Assembly: GCA_902834555.1 (NCBI GenBank)
Contig: CADFJN010000012.1
Coordinates: 1,602 to 65,601 of the forward strand
Direction of reading: 5' to 3'
From: Atopobiaceae bacterium
Lineage (GTDB): Bacteria; Actinomycetota; Coriobacteriia; Coriobacteriales; Atopobiaceae
DNA length: 64,000 bases
The position numbers and the translations under genes were made by a program. This document shows, one piece after another, positions 26,901 through 34,796 of this stretch. How positions within the stretch are numbered: the stretch's first letter is position 1; each line of letters begins with the position of its first letter. Under the pieces are notes generated by a model. It was not told the origin of the DNA. It did not search any database and was given only the letters and a program-made list of their open reading frames with translations.

Positions 26901-27712
26901 GCGCCAGCTATGCCAAGCCGCGCGTGGTGATTCCCGTCTTCCCAGGCAACAACTGCGAATACGACTCAGCGCGGGCGTTTGAGCGTGTGGGCGCCGTGCC
27001 AAAGACGGTCATCGTGAACAACCTCACGCCGCAGGCCGTCGCCGAGAGCGTCGACGCCATGGTGCGTGCCATCCGCGAGAGCCAGATCGTCTTCATCCCC
27101 GGCGGCTTCTCCGGCGGCGACGAGCCCGACGGATCGGCCAAGTTCATCGTGGCATTCTTCCGCAACCCTGCCGTCACCGAGGCGGTGCGCGACCTGCTCC
27201 AGGCGCGCGATGGCCTCATGCTGGGTGTCTGCAACGGCTTCCAGGCTCTCATCAAGCTGGGGCTCGTTCCCTACGGCGACATCGTGGACGCACGCGAGGA
27301 CTCCCCCACCCTCACCTTCAACCCCATTGGGCGCCACCAGAGCCGCCTCGTGCGCACGCGCGTGGCGTCGACCATCTCGCCGTGGCTCTCCAAGTGCAAG
27401 GTGGGCGACGTGCACAACATCGCAATCAGCCACGGAGAGGGACGCTTTGTGTGCACCACCGAGGAGCTGGAGCGCCTTGAGGCGGCAGGGCAGATCGCCA
27501 CGCAGTACGTGAACGCCGACCGACTGCCGTCCATGAACCTTCGCTCCAATCCCAACGGGTCGTTCATGGCAGTTGAGGGCATCACATCGCCCGACGGCCG
27601 CGTGCTGGGCAAGATGGGCCACACCGAGCGCAGTGGCGCGGGCCTCTACAAGAACGTGCCCGGCAACGCGTATCAGCCGCTGTTCGAAGGCGGTGTGAGC
27701 TACTTCGCGTAA
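23966..27712 (+). CDS. purL: Phosphoribosylformylglycinamidine synthase, single-chain (PurL with fused PurS-like N-terminus and PurQ glutaminase domain)
   Basis: About 1250 aa. DHCRHTTF, ETHNHPTEIEPFGGAATCIGG, and C-terminal GVCNGFQAL / ISHGEGRF glutamine amidotransferase motifs. ATG at 23966. Confidence 0.9.
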   Translation: MVSRIYVEKRDGFDGEARALSHELRHMLGISSLTGLRIINRYDVEGISEELFEQCVPVVFSEPQTDRATREMPEVAEGARVFAVESLPGQFNMRDASAAECIQLVSQGERPTVRNAKVYVLEGELTDDDLTAIKHYVINPVEAREASLEKRETLATAYPEPADVEVLDGFLDLDEKGIEDFVRDRGLAMDVADAKFCQSYFTHEGRVPTITEIRMIDTYWSDHCRHTTFGTALTDIQFDNTQAAAAFRRYMDVRHQLGRDNKPVCLMDMGTIGAKWLKHTGQLTGLDESEEINACTVKAKVDVNGHDEDWLYLFKNETHNHPTEIEPFGGAATCIGGAIRDPLSGRSYVYQAMRVTGAADPTAPVSSTLPGKLPQRKICRTAAAGYSSYGNQIGLATGQVSELYHPGYVAKRMEIGAVVGATPADHVRRECPAPGDKIVLLGGRTGRDGISGATGSSKAHNVESLEKDGAEVQKGNAPTERKLQRLFRRGDACRLIKRCNDFGAGGVSVAIGELADGLLIDLDRVPKKYDGLDGTELAISESQERMAVALAPEDVDEFLGYAREENLEATVVAEVTEEPRLRMTWRGKTIVDVSREFLSSNGAPKSTSVRVCAPHEYHHEWAGDTFAQKMVSLVSDLNVASNKGLAERFDSTIGAATVLMPFGGTTQLTPALGMAAKLPVDGETTTCSGMAWGYNPYLMSEDEYTGAYLAVVESVSKLVAMGFEHKNFYLTFQEYFEKLRDDPKRWGRPTAALLGALMAQLDLGIGSIGGKDSMSGSFEDLDVPPTLVSFATGLGKVDRVTSPEFKHADDQVIVVVPEYADDGITPTAESLLAAFDYVEKLIGSGAARAVSTPGYGCMAEAMFKMCVGNFIGLRVRPEFTQEALLNPAYGSFVIELAPDASLPEAPKGVTVAAFGQTLAEYALYACGERMSILDDLQKPWENALSGVYPYLGKADGPACAPLSFDAEKAGVTPTRHTTGASYAKPRVVIPVFPGNNCEYDSARAFERVGAVPKTVIVNNLTPQAVAESVDAMVRAIRESQIVFIPGGFSGGDEPDGSAKFIVAFFRNPAVTEAVRDLLQARDGLMLGVCNGFQALIKLGLVPYGDIVDAREDSPTLTFNPIGRHQSRLVRTRVASTISPWLSKCKVGDVHNIAISHGEGRFVCTTEELERLEAAGQIATQYVNADRLPSMNLRSNPNGSFMAVEGITSPDGRVLGKMGHTERSGAGLYKNVPGNAYQPLFEGGVSYFA

Positions 27713-27806
27713 GCGCAGCCAGAGGGGGTTACCGCAGCCGGCCTCCTCCGGGGGTCGCTTCCTTACCTGCTGACGTGTCTGGCGGAGCTTCCGGAGGCTG
27801 CGGGGG

Positions 27807-27882
27807 CTGTGGGACTCCGGGGCTCGTTTTAGACGTTTTCGAGGGCTTCTCAGCTCCAAAACGTCTAATTTCGACCCCACAG
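27807..27882. repeat. Nested hairpin element (outer CTGTGGG/CCCACAG, inner TTAGACGTTTT/AAAACGTCTAA) containing a TTTTCGAGGGCTTC motif
   Basis: ctgtgggactccggggctcgttttagacgttttcgagggcttctcagctccaaaacgtctaatttcgaccccacag, in the purL-EamA spacer. Confidence 0.6.
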
Positions 27883-27954
27883 CCTTGTGCGCGCTGCCTG
27901 CGAACGGCAGCCGTCCCGCGTATACTGGTTCGCCGGCTACGCGGGAGGAGCAAC

Positions 27955-28965
27955 ATGGCACGAGCAAGCAGCACAGAGTTCCACATGGGAGAGCAACAGG
28001 CGCGCTTCCTTACGAGCACGTGGGGAGCCCTGCTTGCGGCAGCGTTCTGCTGCCTTCTCTGGGGATCGGCGTTTCCGTGCATCAAGATTGGCTACGCGCT
28101 GTTCGACATCGCGGGTACCAACACCGCGTCCCAGATGCTCTTTGCGGGAACGCGCTTCCTTCTTGCCGGGGCAATGGTCATCGTCTTTGTGAGCATTGCC
28201 CGGAGAAGGCCGCTGGCGCCAAAGCGCACGGACGTAGGCGCCATCTGCCTGCTTGCGCTTTTCCAGACCTTCGGCCAGTACGCCTTCTTCTATCTTGGAC
28301 TTGCGCACGCTGCGGGAACCACGAGCTCGGTCATCGAGGCGAGCGCCAACTTCTTTGCCATCCTGCTTTCGGCGCTGGCGTTTCGCCAGGAGCGGCTTAC
28401 CGGCAGGAAGGTAGCGGGTTGTCTGCTGGGATTTGCGGGTGTTGTTCTCATCAATCTTGGCGGTGGCCTGGGCAGCCTCTCATTTTCCTTCTCGCCCGAT
28501 GGCGAGGGCATGATTCTTCTGAGCACGCTGTGCTCGGCCACGTCCTCCTGCCTTATCCAGCGACTTTCCAAACGGCAGGACCCGGTGCTGCTCAGCGGAT
28601 GGCAGTTTGTGGTGGGCGGACTCGGTCTCATGGCGATGGGTGTTGCCGGCGGCGGAACGCTCTCGCCGACGGGGCCGAGCGCCATTGCGTTGCTCGCATA
28701 CATGGCGTTCATCTCGGCGGCGGCATACAGCGTGTGGTCGCTCCTGCTTTCCGTGAACTCGGTCTCGCGCATCTCGGTCTATGGGTTCATGAACCCGGTG
28801 TTTGGCTTCGTGCTCTCTGCGGTGCTCCTCGGCGAGTACCAGCAGGTTGACCCCGTGCGCTCCATCTGCGCGTTGGTGCTGGTGAGCGCGGGGATTGTTG
28901 TGGTGAACCGGGTGGGTGCACGGGCGGAGAGCGCAACCGACGCCCCGGGGAGTGAGGCTCGCTAG
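27955..28965 (+). CDS. EamA/DMT-family transporter
   Basis: GGGAGGAG RBS precedes ATG 27955. WGSAFPCIKIGY, 10 TM, two EamA repeats. Confidence 0.8.
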   Translation: MARASSTEFHMGEQQARFLTSTWGALLAAAFCCLLWGSAFPCIKIGYALFDIAGTNTASQMLFAGTRFLLAGAMVIVFVSIARRRPLAPKRTDVGAICLLALFQTFGQYAFFYLGLAHAAGTTSSVIEASANFFAILLSALAFRQERLTGRKVAGCLLGFAGVVLINLGGGLGSLSFSFSPDGEGMILLSTLCSATSSCLIQRLSKRQDPVLLSGWQFVVGGLGLMAMGVAGGGTLSPTGPSAIALLAYMAFISAAAYSVWSLLLSVNSVSRISVYGFMNPVFGFVLSAVLLGEYQQVDPVRSICALVLVSAGIVVVNRVGARAESATDAPGSEAR

Positions 28966-29072
28966 AAAACAGCCCCCGATAAACGCGTAAAAACGCTCGT
29001 CGGGCAGCTCGCAGGCGATTCCCTGGGACTCCTCTACGTATAATTGAGTTACGCAATGCGAAGGGAGTCCCC

Positions 29073-30413
29073 ATGGAACGCCTCGCTAAACGACGCACTG
29101 CCCTTGCCCTCCTCGGTATGCCCGCAGCGCTCTCGCTTGGCTCGGTGCTCACGGGCTGTAGCAAGAACGCGCAGGATAGCGCGCTAGCCATCTCTGCCAC
29201 GGACCTCACTGCAGACGTAAAGGACACTGCGCTCACGCAAGAGCCCATCGCTAATGCCCTCACAGATCAAACGACAACGCACGCACTCTTTGACTTCACT
29301 TCTCGCCTGCTTCAGGGCACCTATCCCACAGACCAGCAGACAAACGTGCTTGTCTCTCCCCTCTCGGCGCTCTTTGCCCTGGCCCTCGCGGAAACCGGTG
29401 CCGCAGGCGATACGATCTCTCAGCTAGAGACCGCAACGGACATGGATATCGACTCGCTTGCGACCTATCTAGGTGCTTACGCCCGTCGCATCTCTGGCGA
29501 GGACCTCTACGATACGCAGCAGAAGGGCGACGTCCTTGCCCTTAAGTGCGCTAACTCCATTTGGCTGAGGTCGTCAGATGACCTCAGCGTCTCGGATGTT
29601 TACCTCGCCACCTGCAAAGGCACCCTTGACGCGCAGGCGTTCTCGGCACCGTTCGATTCCACCACCGCCGACGATATCAATTCCTGGGTCAGTTCCAAGA
29701 CTGATGGCATGATTGACCGGCTTGTGGAACGTATCACCGCAGATGATCAGCTCTTTCTCATTAACGCCCTGGCCTTTGACGATGCCTGGCAAGAACCGTA
29801 TGAGGAAGGAGACATACAGGGCGACACCTTCACGACCGAAAAAGGCGACGAGCAGAGCGTCCGCATGATGCACTCGTACGAGACGACCTACCTCGAGAAC
29901 AGCCTGGCCGAGGGCTTCCTGAAGCCCTATGAGAAGTTCAACTTTGCCTTTGTCGCGCTGCTTCCCAAGCAAGGCGTGCGGCTCACAGACCTCGTGGCGT
30001 CGCTGGACGGCACATCCCTGCATGACCTGATTGCAAACCCAATCTCCAACATCGAGGTATCCGCCGGACTCCCCAAGTTCTCGCTTGATTATCAGACCAC
30101 GCTCAACGACCAGCTGGTAGCCATGGGCGTTCGCGATGCCTTCGATCCAAAGCTCGCCGACTTCTCGCGCATGGCTACCCTCAAGGACGGCAACTTTGCC
30201 ATAAGCACCGTGCTCCAAAAGACCTTCATCGACGTAAACGAGGCAGGCACAAAGGCGGCAGCGGTCACATCAATAGGCATGACTTGCTCAACGGGAACGC
30301 CAGACGAACCCGAGGTCCGGGAGGTCATCCTAGACCGGCCCTTCGTTTACTTCATCATTGACAACATGACCCTGACGCCACTGTTTGCAGGTGTAATGGC
30401 AAGCATGGGGTAG
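29073..30413 (+). CDS. Serpin-family serine protease inhibitor, predicted lipoprotein
   Basis: Lipobox LTGCSKN. Serpin core. Hinge/RCL VNEAGTKAAAVTSIGMTCSTGTPDEPEVREVILDRPFVYFI (cf. NEEGTEAAA...DRPF). Confidence 0.85.
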   Translation: MERLAKRRTALALLGMPAALSLGSVLTGCSKNAQDSALAISATDLTADVKDTALTQEPIANALTDQTTTHALFDFTSRLLQGTYPTDQQTNVLVSPLSALFALALAETGAAGDTISQLETATDMDIDSLATYLGAYARRISGEDLYDTQQKGDVLALKCANSIWLRSSDDLSVSDVYLATCKGTLDAQAFSAPFDSTTADDINSWVSSKTDGMIDRLVERITADDQLFLINALAFDDAWQEPYEEGDIQGDTFTTEKGDEQSVRMMHSYETTYLENSLAEGFLKPYEKFNFAFVALLPKQGVRLTDLVASLDGTSLHDLIANPISNIEVSAGLPKFSLDYQTTLNDQLVAMGVRDAFDPKLADFSRMATLKDGNFAISTVLQKTFIDVNEAGTKAAAVTSIGMTCSTGTPDEPEVREVILDRPFVYFIIDNMTLTPLFAGVMASMG

Positions 30414-30428
30414 GCACCGTGCAAACCC

Positions 30429-31730
30429 TTACACCAATCCGTCAATCTGTCCAATGGCCCAAAGGGGGATGTTCACAAGCCACCCCTCATCGCGATACGA
30501 CGAGAGGGACGTGCGCACGGCGCGAGACAGACTGAACTTCTCACATGCCACCTTGAGGCTCTTCGACTTGAGGTTCTCCGCTGCTTTCACCTCTATGGGA
30601 AGCAAAGCGCCGTCTTTCTCGATGGCGAAGTCTGTCTCGGCAGTGCCCGTCGACGAAGACCAGTATACGGGCGCGTGCCCATGTGCCAGTAGCTGCTGAT
30701 CTACGTATTGCTCTGTAAGCGCGCCCTTGAACTCCGTGAAAAGCCTTGATCCATCAAGGACGACTTTCTGATCAAGCCCCGCCAAAGCTCCCAACAGTCC
30801 CACATCCACGCAGAAGAGCTTGAAACTTGACACATCCTCATAGCCCACAAGGGGATACCTCAGCGCGTCGACACGGGGAACCTTGCTCGCTACTCCGTAA
30901 TCAACCAGCCACTGGATGCACTCCTCGAAGTCTCGGGCACGCGCTCCTGGCCGCACTGCCCCGTATACGAAGCGCTTGTTCTCACGCGCGAGCTGACCGG
31001 GTAGCGACTTCCAGACCAGACGCATCCTCTCGAGAATGCGTGCCGGAGCATGTTTTGAGAAGTCCGCCTCATATCCGTCGATAATCTGCCGCTGTAGCCG
31101 GCGACACTCGTTGTAATCCCCACTCTGCACAAACGCCTGGGCAACCTCGGGCATACCCCCAACAGCCAAGTAATCCCTCAAGCGACCAGTAAGCACATCG
31201 TGCAGGCTCTCGAGTGCCCCCAGGTCATGCGCCTCAAGCGCGTCCGCAATGGGATCTCCATTTGCTGCCCTAAGAAACTCTTCAAAAGAAAGCGGCCGCA
31301 GCGTGAGTTCATCGACCTTGCCAACGGGATACGACTCACCAGCTCTTCTCAGCGCCAGCCCCATGTACGACCCCGCAGCAATCACATGAAACTCACGCGC
31401 CTGCTCGCAGAAGTACTTGAGCGACGTCAAGGCACGAGGTGCTTCTTGAATCTCATCAAAGGCGAGAAGGGTCGTTATGGGATCAATTGGGCGTCCAGCT
31501 CTAAGCTCGACATCTCGAACAATGCGACGCGGATTCAAGTCGCCATCGAAGATGGTGCGTGCGCCCTCATCCTGCATAAAATCGATGCGCACTACATCTT
31601 TGAACTGAGAACGGCCAAACTCATCGATGAGCCAGGTCTTGCCGGTCTGACGAGCCCCCTTTAGAACCAAGGGCTTACGGTTCTCGCGGGTCTTCCACGC
31701 AAGAAGATCGTTCATGAGAGTTCTCTGCAT
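30429..31730 (-). CDS. AAA-family ATPase with DUF4143-type C-terminal domain
   Basis: LVLKGARQTGKTW (Walker A), LLAFDEIQE (Walker B), about 430 aa. This architecture is typical of AAA_14/DUF4143 proteins. The gene is visibly lower in GC than its neighbours. Confidence 0.75.
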   Translation of the reverse strand: MQRTLMNDLLAWKTRENRKPLVLKGARQTGKTWLIDEFGRSQFKDVVRIDFMQDEGARTIFDGDLNPRRIVRDVELRAGRPIDPITTLLAFDEIQEAPRALTSLKYFCEQAREFHVIAAGSYMGLALRRAGESYPVGKVDELTLRPLSFEEFLRAANGDPIADALEAHDLGALESLHDVLTGRLRDYLAVGGMPEVAQAFVQSGDYNECRRLQRQIIDGYEADFSKHAPARILERMRLVWKSLPGQLARENKRFVYGAVRPGARARDFEECIQWLVDYGVASKVPRVDALRYPLVGYEDVSSFKLFCVDVGLLGALAGLDQKVVLDGSRLFTEFKGALTEQYVDQQLLAHGHAPVYWSSSTGTAETDFAIEKDGALLPIEVKAAENLKSKSLKVACEKFSLSRAVRTSLSSYRDEGWLVNIPLWAIGQIDGLV

Positions 31731-31785
31731 CAGGCTGCCCCCATCTATCGCTTGTATGGCCCATCATACGCAACTCACACGATTT

Positions 31786-31853
31786 TCGTTGGAATAATGT
31801 GGATTGCTCCCACATTATTCGTTGGAAAAACGTGCGAGTCTCCCACATTTTCC
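31786..31853. repeat. Two tandem about 33-bp hairpin units (TTCGTTGGAA[TA]AA[TC]GTG...CTCCCACATT[AT]TTC)
   Basis: ttcgttggaataatgtggattgctcccacattattc then gttggaaaaacgtgcgagtctcccacattttcc, just upstream of the ATPase gene start. Confidence 0.7.
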
Positions 31854-31909
31854 TAGGGAATCATACGCAGCTCAAGTAATCGAAGGGGATGAGAAACGTG
31901 GCCCTCATC

Positions 31910-32159
31910 GATTGCATCGAACTCGCCTTCGTTACATGAATTGGTCCGTGATTGCATCGAACTAGCCTTCGTTACATGCCAATTCTGAGGAAATGCCCGT
32001 CTGGCAATTTACTTTGATAGTTTATACATGGCTCTACCTGCGGATTTTCATGCAGCGCAGCAGACGGCTACTCAAGGGGTCCGCGAAATGGCGTGTAACG
32101 AAGGGCAGTTCGGCGCACGAAATCCTCTCGATGTGTAACGTAGGGCAGTTCGATGCAGC
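31910..32159. repeat. 250-bp structure: two direct 29-bp repeats (40-bp period) facing two inverted copies (40-bp period)
   Basis: GATTGCATCGAACT[CA]GCCTTCGTTACATG at 31910 and 31950. Inverted copies GTGTAACG[AT]AGGGCAGTTCG[GA][CT]GCA at 32093 and 32133. The central segment is about 115 bp and AT-rich. Confidence 0.7.
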
Positions 32160-32231
32160 CATCAGACGAGAATGGCGACTCCGTAACCCAAGGAGAGACA
32201 CCTCCGTCAGAATAACGTGCAGCTTAGTCAC

Positions 32232-32262
32232 GAAAAGAGGGCGGACCGAAGGCCCGCCCTCT
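32232..32262 (-). terminator. Rho-independent terminator of the malic enzyme gene
   Basis: Minus strand reads GAGGGCGGGCCTTCGGTCCGCCCTCTTTTCG, a GC stem plus T-tract, about 40 nt after the stop at 32298. Confidence 0.7.
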
Positions 32263-32297
32263 CAAATCCGTTCGTTCGAGTACTCGAACGCCCGAAG

Positions 32298-33476
32298 CTA
32301 AATCCTCGCAACCCCGCTCTTGCGCGCAGCGTCGGCCACGGCTGCAGCAACGGCGGGCGCAACACGCTTGTCGAAGGCACCAGGGATGATGTAGTCCGCC
32401 GCGCGGTGCTCGTCGTCTACCAGGCCGGCGATGGCATAAGCCGCGGCTTCCATCATGTCATCGTTGATGTCGCTCGCGCGCACGTCAAGCGCACCACGGA
32501 AGATTCCCGGGAACGCCAGCACGTTGTTGATCTGGTTGGGGAAGTCCGAGCGGCCCGTTGCCGCCACCGCTGCGCCGGCGGCCAGCGCCTCGTCGGGCAT
32601 GATCTCGGGCACGGGGTTCGCGCAGGCAAAGATGATGGGGTCCTTTGCCATCGAGCGCACCATGTCCTGCGAGACCAGGTTGGGCTTGGATACGCCCACA
32701 AAGACGTCCGCACCCTTGAGGGCGTCGGCAAGCGAACCCTGGACCTTCTCGGTGTTGGTCCAGGTGGCGACCTCCTGCTTCACCGGGTTCAGGCCATCGC
32801 GGCCCTCGTAGATGGCACCCGTGTGGTCGCAGATGATGATGTCCTTCACGCCCATGCGCTTCATGAGGCGAGCGATGGAGATGCCCGCGGCGCCGGCGCC
32901 CGAGAAGACCACCTTGACGTCGCCGAGATCACGACCGGTGAAACGGCACGCGTTGATCAGCGCGGCGCATGTCACGACCGCGGTGCCATGCTGGTCGTCA
33001 TGGAAGACGGGAATGTCGCAGGTCTCCTTGAGGCGACGCTCGATCTCGAAGCAGCGCGGCGCGGAGATGTCCTCGAGGTTCACGCCGCCAAAGCTGCCGG
33101 CAAGCAGCTGCACCGTGCGCACGATCTCATCCACGTCGTTGGAGCGGATGCACAGGGGGAAGGCGTCCACGTCGGCAAAGGTCTTGAAGAGGGCGCACTT
33201 GCCCTCCATGACGGGCATGCCCGCCTCGGGGCCGATGTTGCCCAGGCCGAGAACCGCGGAGCCATCGGTCACAACGGCAACCAGGTTCCAGCGACGGGTG
33301 TACTCGTACGAGAGGCTCGGGTCCTTCTGGATCTCCAGGCAGGGAACGGCGACGCCCGGAGTATAGGCCACGGCAAGCTCCTCCGGCGTGCTGATCTGGG
33401 CCCTGCTCACGACCTCGATCTTGCCGTGCCACTCCCTGTGCGCGTCAAGCGCGTGCTGCTTTGCGTCGTCAGCCAT
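32298..33476 (-). CDS. NAD(P)-dependent malic enzyme (short, ~390-aa type)
   Basis: AAAGGAG RBS precedes ATG 33476 (MADDAKQHALDAHREWHGKIEV...). AYTPGVA, VVTDGSAVLGLGNIGPEAGMPVMEGKCALFK, FSGAGAAG. Confidence 0.9.
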   Translation of the reverse strand: MADDAKQHALDAHREWHGKIEVVSRAQISTPEELAVAYTPGVAVPCLEIQKDPSLSYEYTRRWNLVAVVTDGSAVLGLGNIGPEAGMPVMEGKCALFKTFADVDAFPLCIRSNDVDEIVRTVQLLAGSFGGVNLEDISAPRCFEIERRLKETCDIPVFHDDQHGTAVVTCAALINACRFTGRDLGDVKVVFSGAGAAGISIARLMKRMGVKDIIICDHTGAIYEGRDGLNPVKQEVATWTNTEKVQGSLADALKGADVFVGVSKPNLVSQDMVRSMAKDPIIFACANPVPEIMPDEALAAGAAVAATGRSDFPNQINNVLAFPGIFRGALDVRASDINDDMMEAAAYAIAGLVDDEHRAADYIIPGAFDKRVAPAVAAAVADAARKSGVARI

Positions 33477-33600
33477 CTTGGCTCCTTTGACATTCGAGGA
33501 CACTTACACGACCTATCTATCTTAAGCCTTCACGCGGCGTGCCAACCCGACCTCTGCGGCCTATACTCCCAAGAGAAATCACTCGACCAAAGGGGTTGCC

Positions 33601-33894
33601 ATGGCACAGAGCGTCCTCGTCAAGGACACCACGCGAGAGGAGCGCGAGGAGATCGTGCGCCGCGGGCTGAGTTTCTGCGGCGATGGCTCGTGCGAGCAGT
33701 GCAGCGGCTGCTCGATGGGCGTGGGCTCGATCGACGCCATGTACCAGCCCTACATCGACGGCAAGCTTGAGCTGGCAGAGGTCAACATGCTGCACGCCGC
33801 AACCACGTTCACGCTGGGCGGCGGGAGAAGCGCAAACGCCGCGTCCGCAGACACGCCCGCATCCGCGCAAAGCGTCGAGACGAGCAAAGAATAG
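33601..33894 (+). CDS. Hypothetical small Cys-rich protein (FCGDGSCEQCSGCSMG)
   Basis: AAAGGGG RBS, 97 aa, good GC3 bias. It ends 10 nt before trmB, so co-transcription is likely. Confidence 0.5.
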   Translation: MAQSVLVKDTTREEREEIVRRGLSFCGDGSCEQCSGCSMGVGSIDAMYQPYIDGKLELAEVNMLHAATTFTLGGGRSANAASADTPASAQSVETSKE

Positions 33895-33904
33895 CCGAGG
33901 CCCC

Positions 33905-34783
33905 ATGCACGCACGCACACCCAAGCACTTTGTACTCGAGGAGCGCCTCGAGCGCTACGCGGACTTCATCGAGCCTGCGCCGCAGGATTACGCCGGCCGC
34001 TGGGCGGAGGCCTGCTACCCCCTGGGGGGCACCACCGCAGCTTGCGGCGCGGCGAGCGCCGGGCGCTTCCGCGAGGTCCGGCTGGACCTGGGCTGCGGCA
34101 AGGGCGCCTTCACCGTGGAGTCCGCCCGTCGCGAGCCGGACGTGCTCTTCCTTGGCATGGACGGCGAGCCGCTCTGCATGGCCTACGCCGGCGGCCTCGC
34201 CGCGAAGAGCGGCCTTGAGAACGTCGTCTTCCTCGCCTGGGACGGCCATCGCGTAACCGAGGCCTTCGCCCCCGGCGAGCTCTCGTGCATCTACCTCAAC
34301 TTCCCCACGCCGTTCCCGCGCAAGCGCCAGGCGCGACGCCGCCTCACCGACGCCACCTGCCTCATGGAGTATCGCCGCATCCTCGCGCCTGACGGCACGC
34401 TGCGGCTCAAGACGGACAGCCGCCCCCTCTACCTCTTCACGCTCGAGGAGCTTGCCGCCGCAGGCTATCAGGTGCTCTGGACAAGCGAGGACGCGCGCGC
34501 AGACTTCCCCGACGACCCCACAAGCGGCTACGAGGAACGCCTTGCCGCCAATGGCGCCAAGGTCTTCGCGCTGGAGGCAACGCCGGGTCCAGAGCCCGCG
34601 CACTTCTCGCCCACGCCTCAGCGCGGCCTGGTGGAGTACCTCCCCCAGGACCTCGAGAAGATCGACTACGTGCCCCTGGGCATGGAAGCCACAGTGTGGA
34701 ACATGCGCAACCGCGAGGCAAAGCTCTGGGCAAAGGGCCACAAGGACAGCGGGTCCGCCAGCTGTAACGAGAAGACCTGCTAG
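33905..34783 (+). CDS. trmB: tRNA (guanine-N7)-methyltransferase
   Basis: Internal ATG 33905. VRLDLGCGKGAF, LFLGMDGE, IYLNFPTPFPRKRQARRRL, GYEERLAANGAKV. Confidence 0.85.
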   Translation: MHARTPKHFVLEERLERYADFIEPAPQDYAGRWAEACYPLGGTTAACGAASAGRFREVRLDLGCGKGAFTVESARREPDVLFLGMDGEPLCMAYAGGLAAKSGLENVVFLAWDGHRVTEAFAPGELSCIYLNFPTPFPRKRQARRRLTDATCLMEYRRILAPDGTLRLKTDSRPLYLFTLEELAAAGYQVLWTSEDARADFPDDPTSGYEERLAANGAKVFALEATPGPEPAHFSPTPQRGLVEYLPQDLEKIDYVPLGMEATVWNMRNREAKLWAKGHKDSGSASCNEKTC

Positions 34784-34796
34784 AGCTGCCTTCCGG

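Noticed and set aside
29039-29044. TATAAT hexamer upstream of the serpin gene as a promoter -10
   Set aside because: This is plausible, but I could not find a convincing -35 at 16-18-bp spacing. A single hexamer is too weak to report as a feature.
31993-32301. 102-aa ORF (and 32034..32231 minus) inside the 2+2 inverted-repeat structure
   Set aside because: There is no RBS, the composition is AT-rich and non-coding-like, the ORF overlaps the repeats and the malic-enzyme terminator, and I recognise no family.
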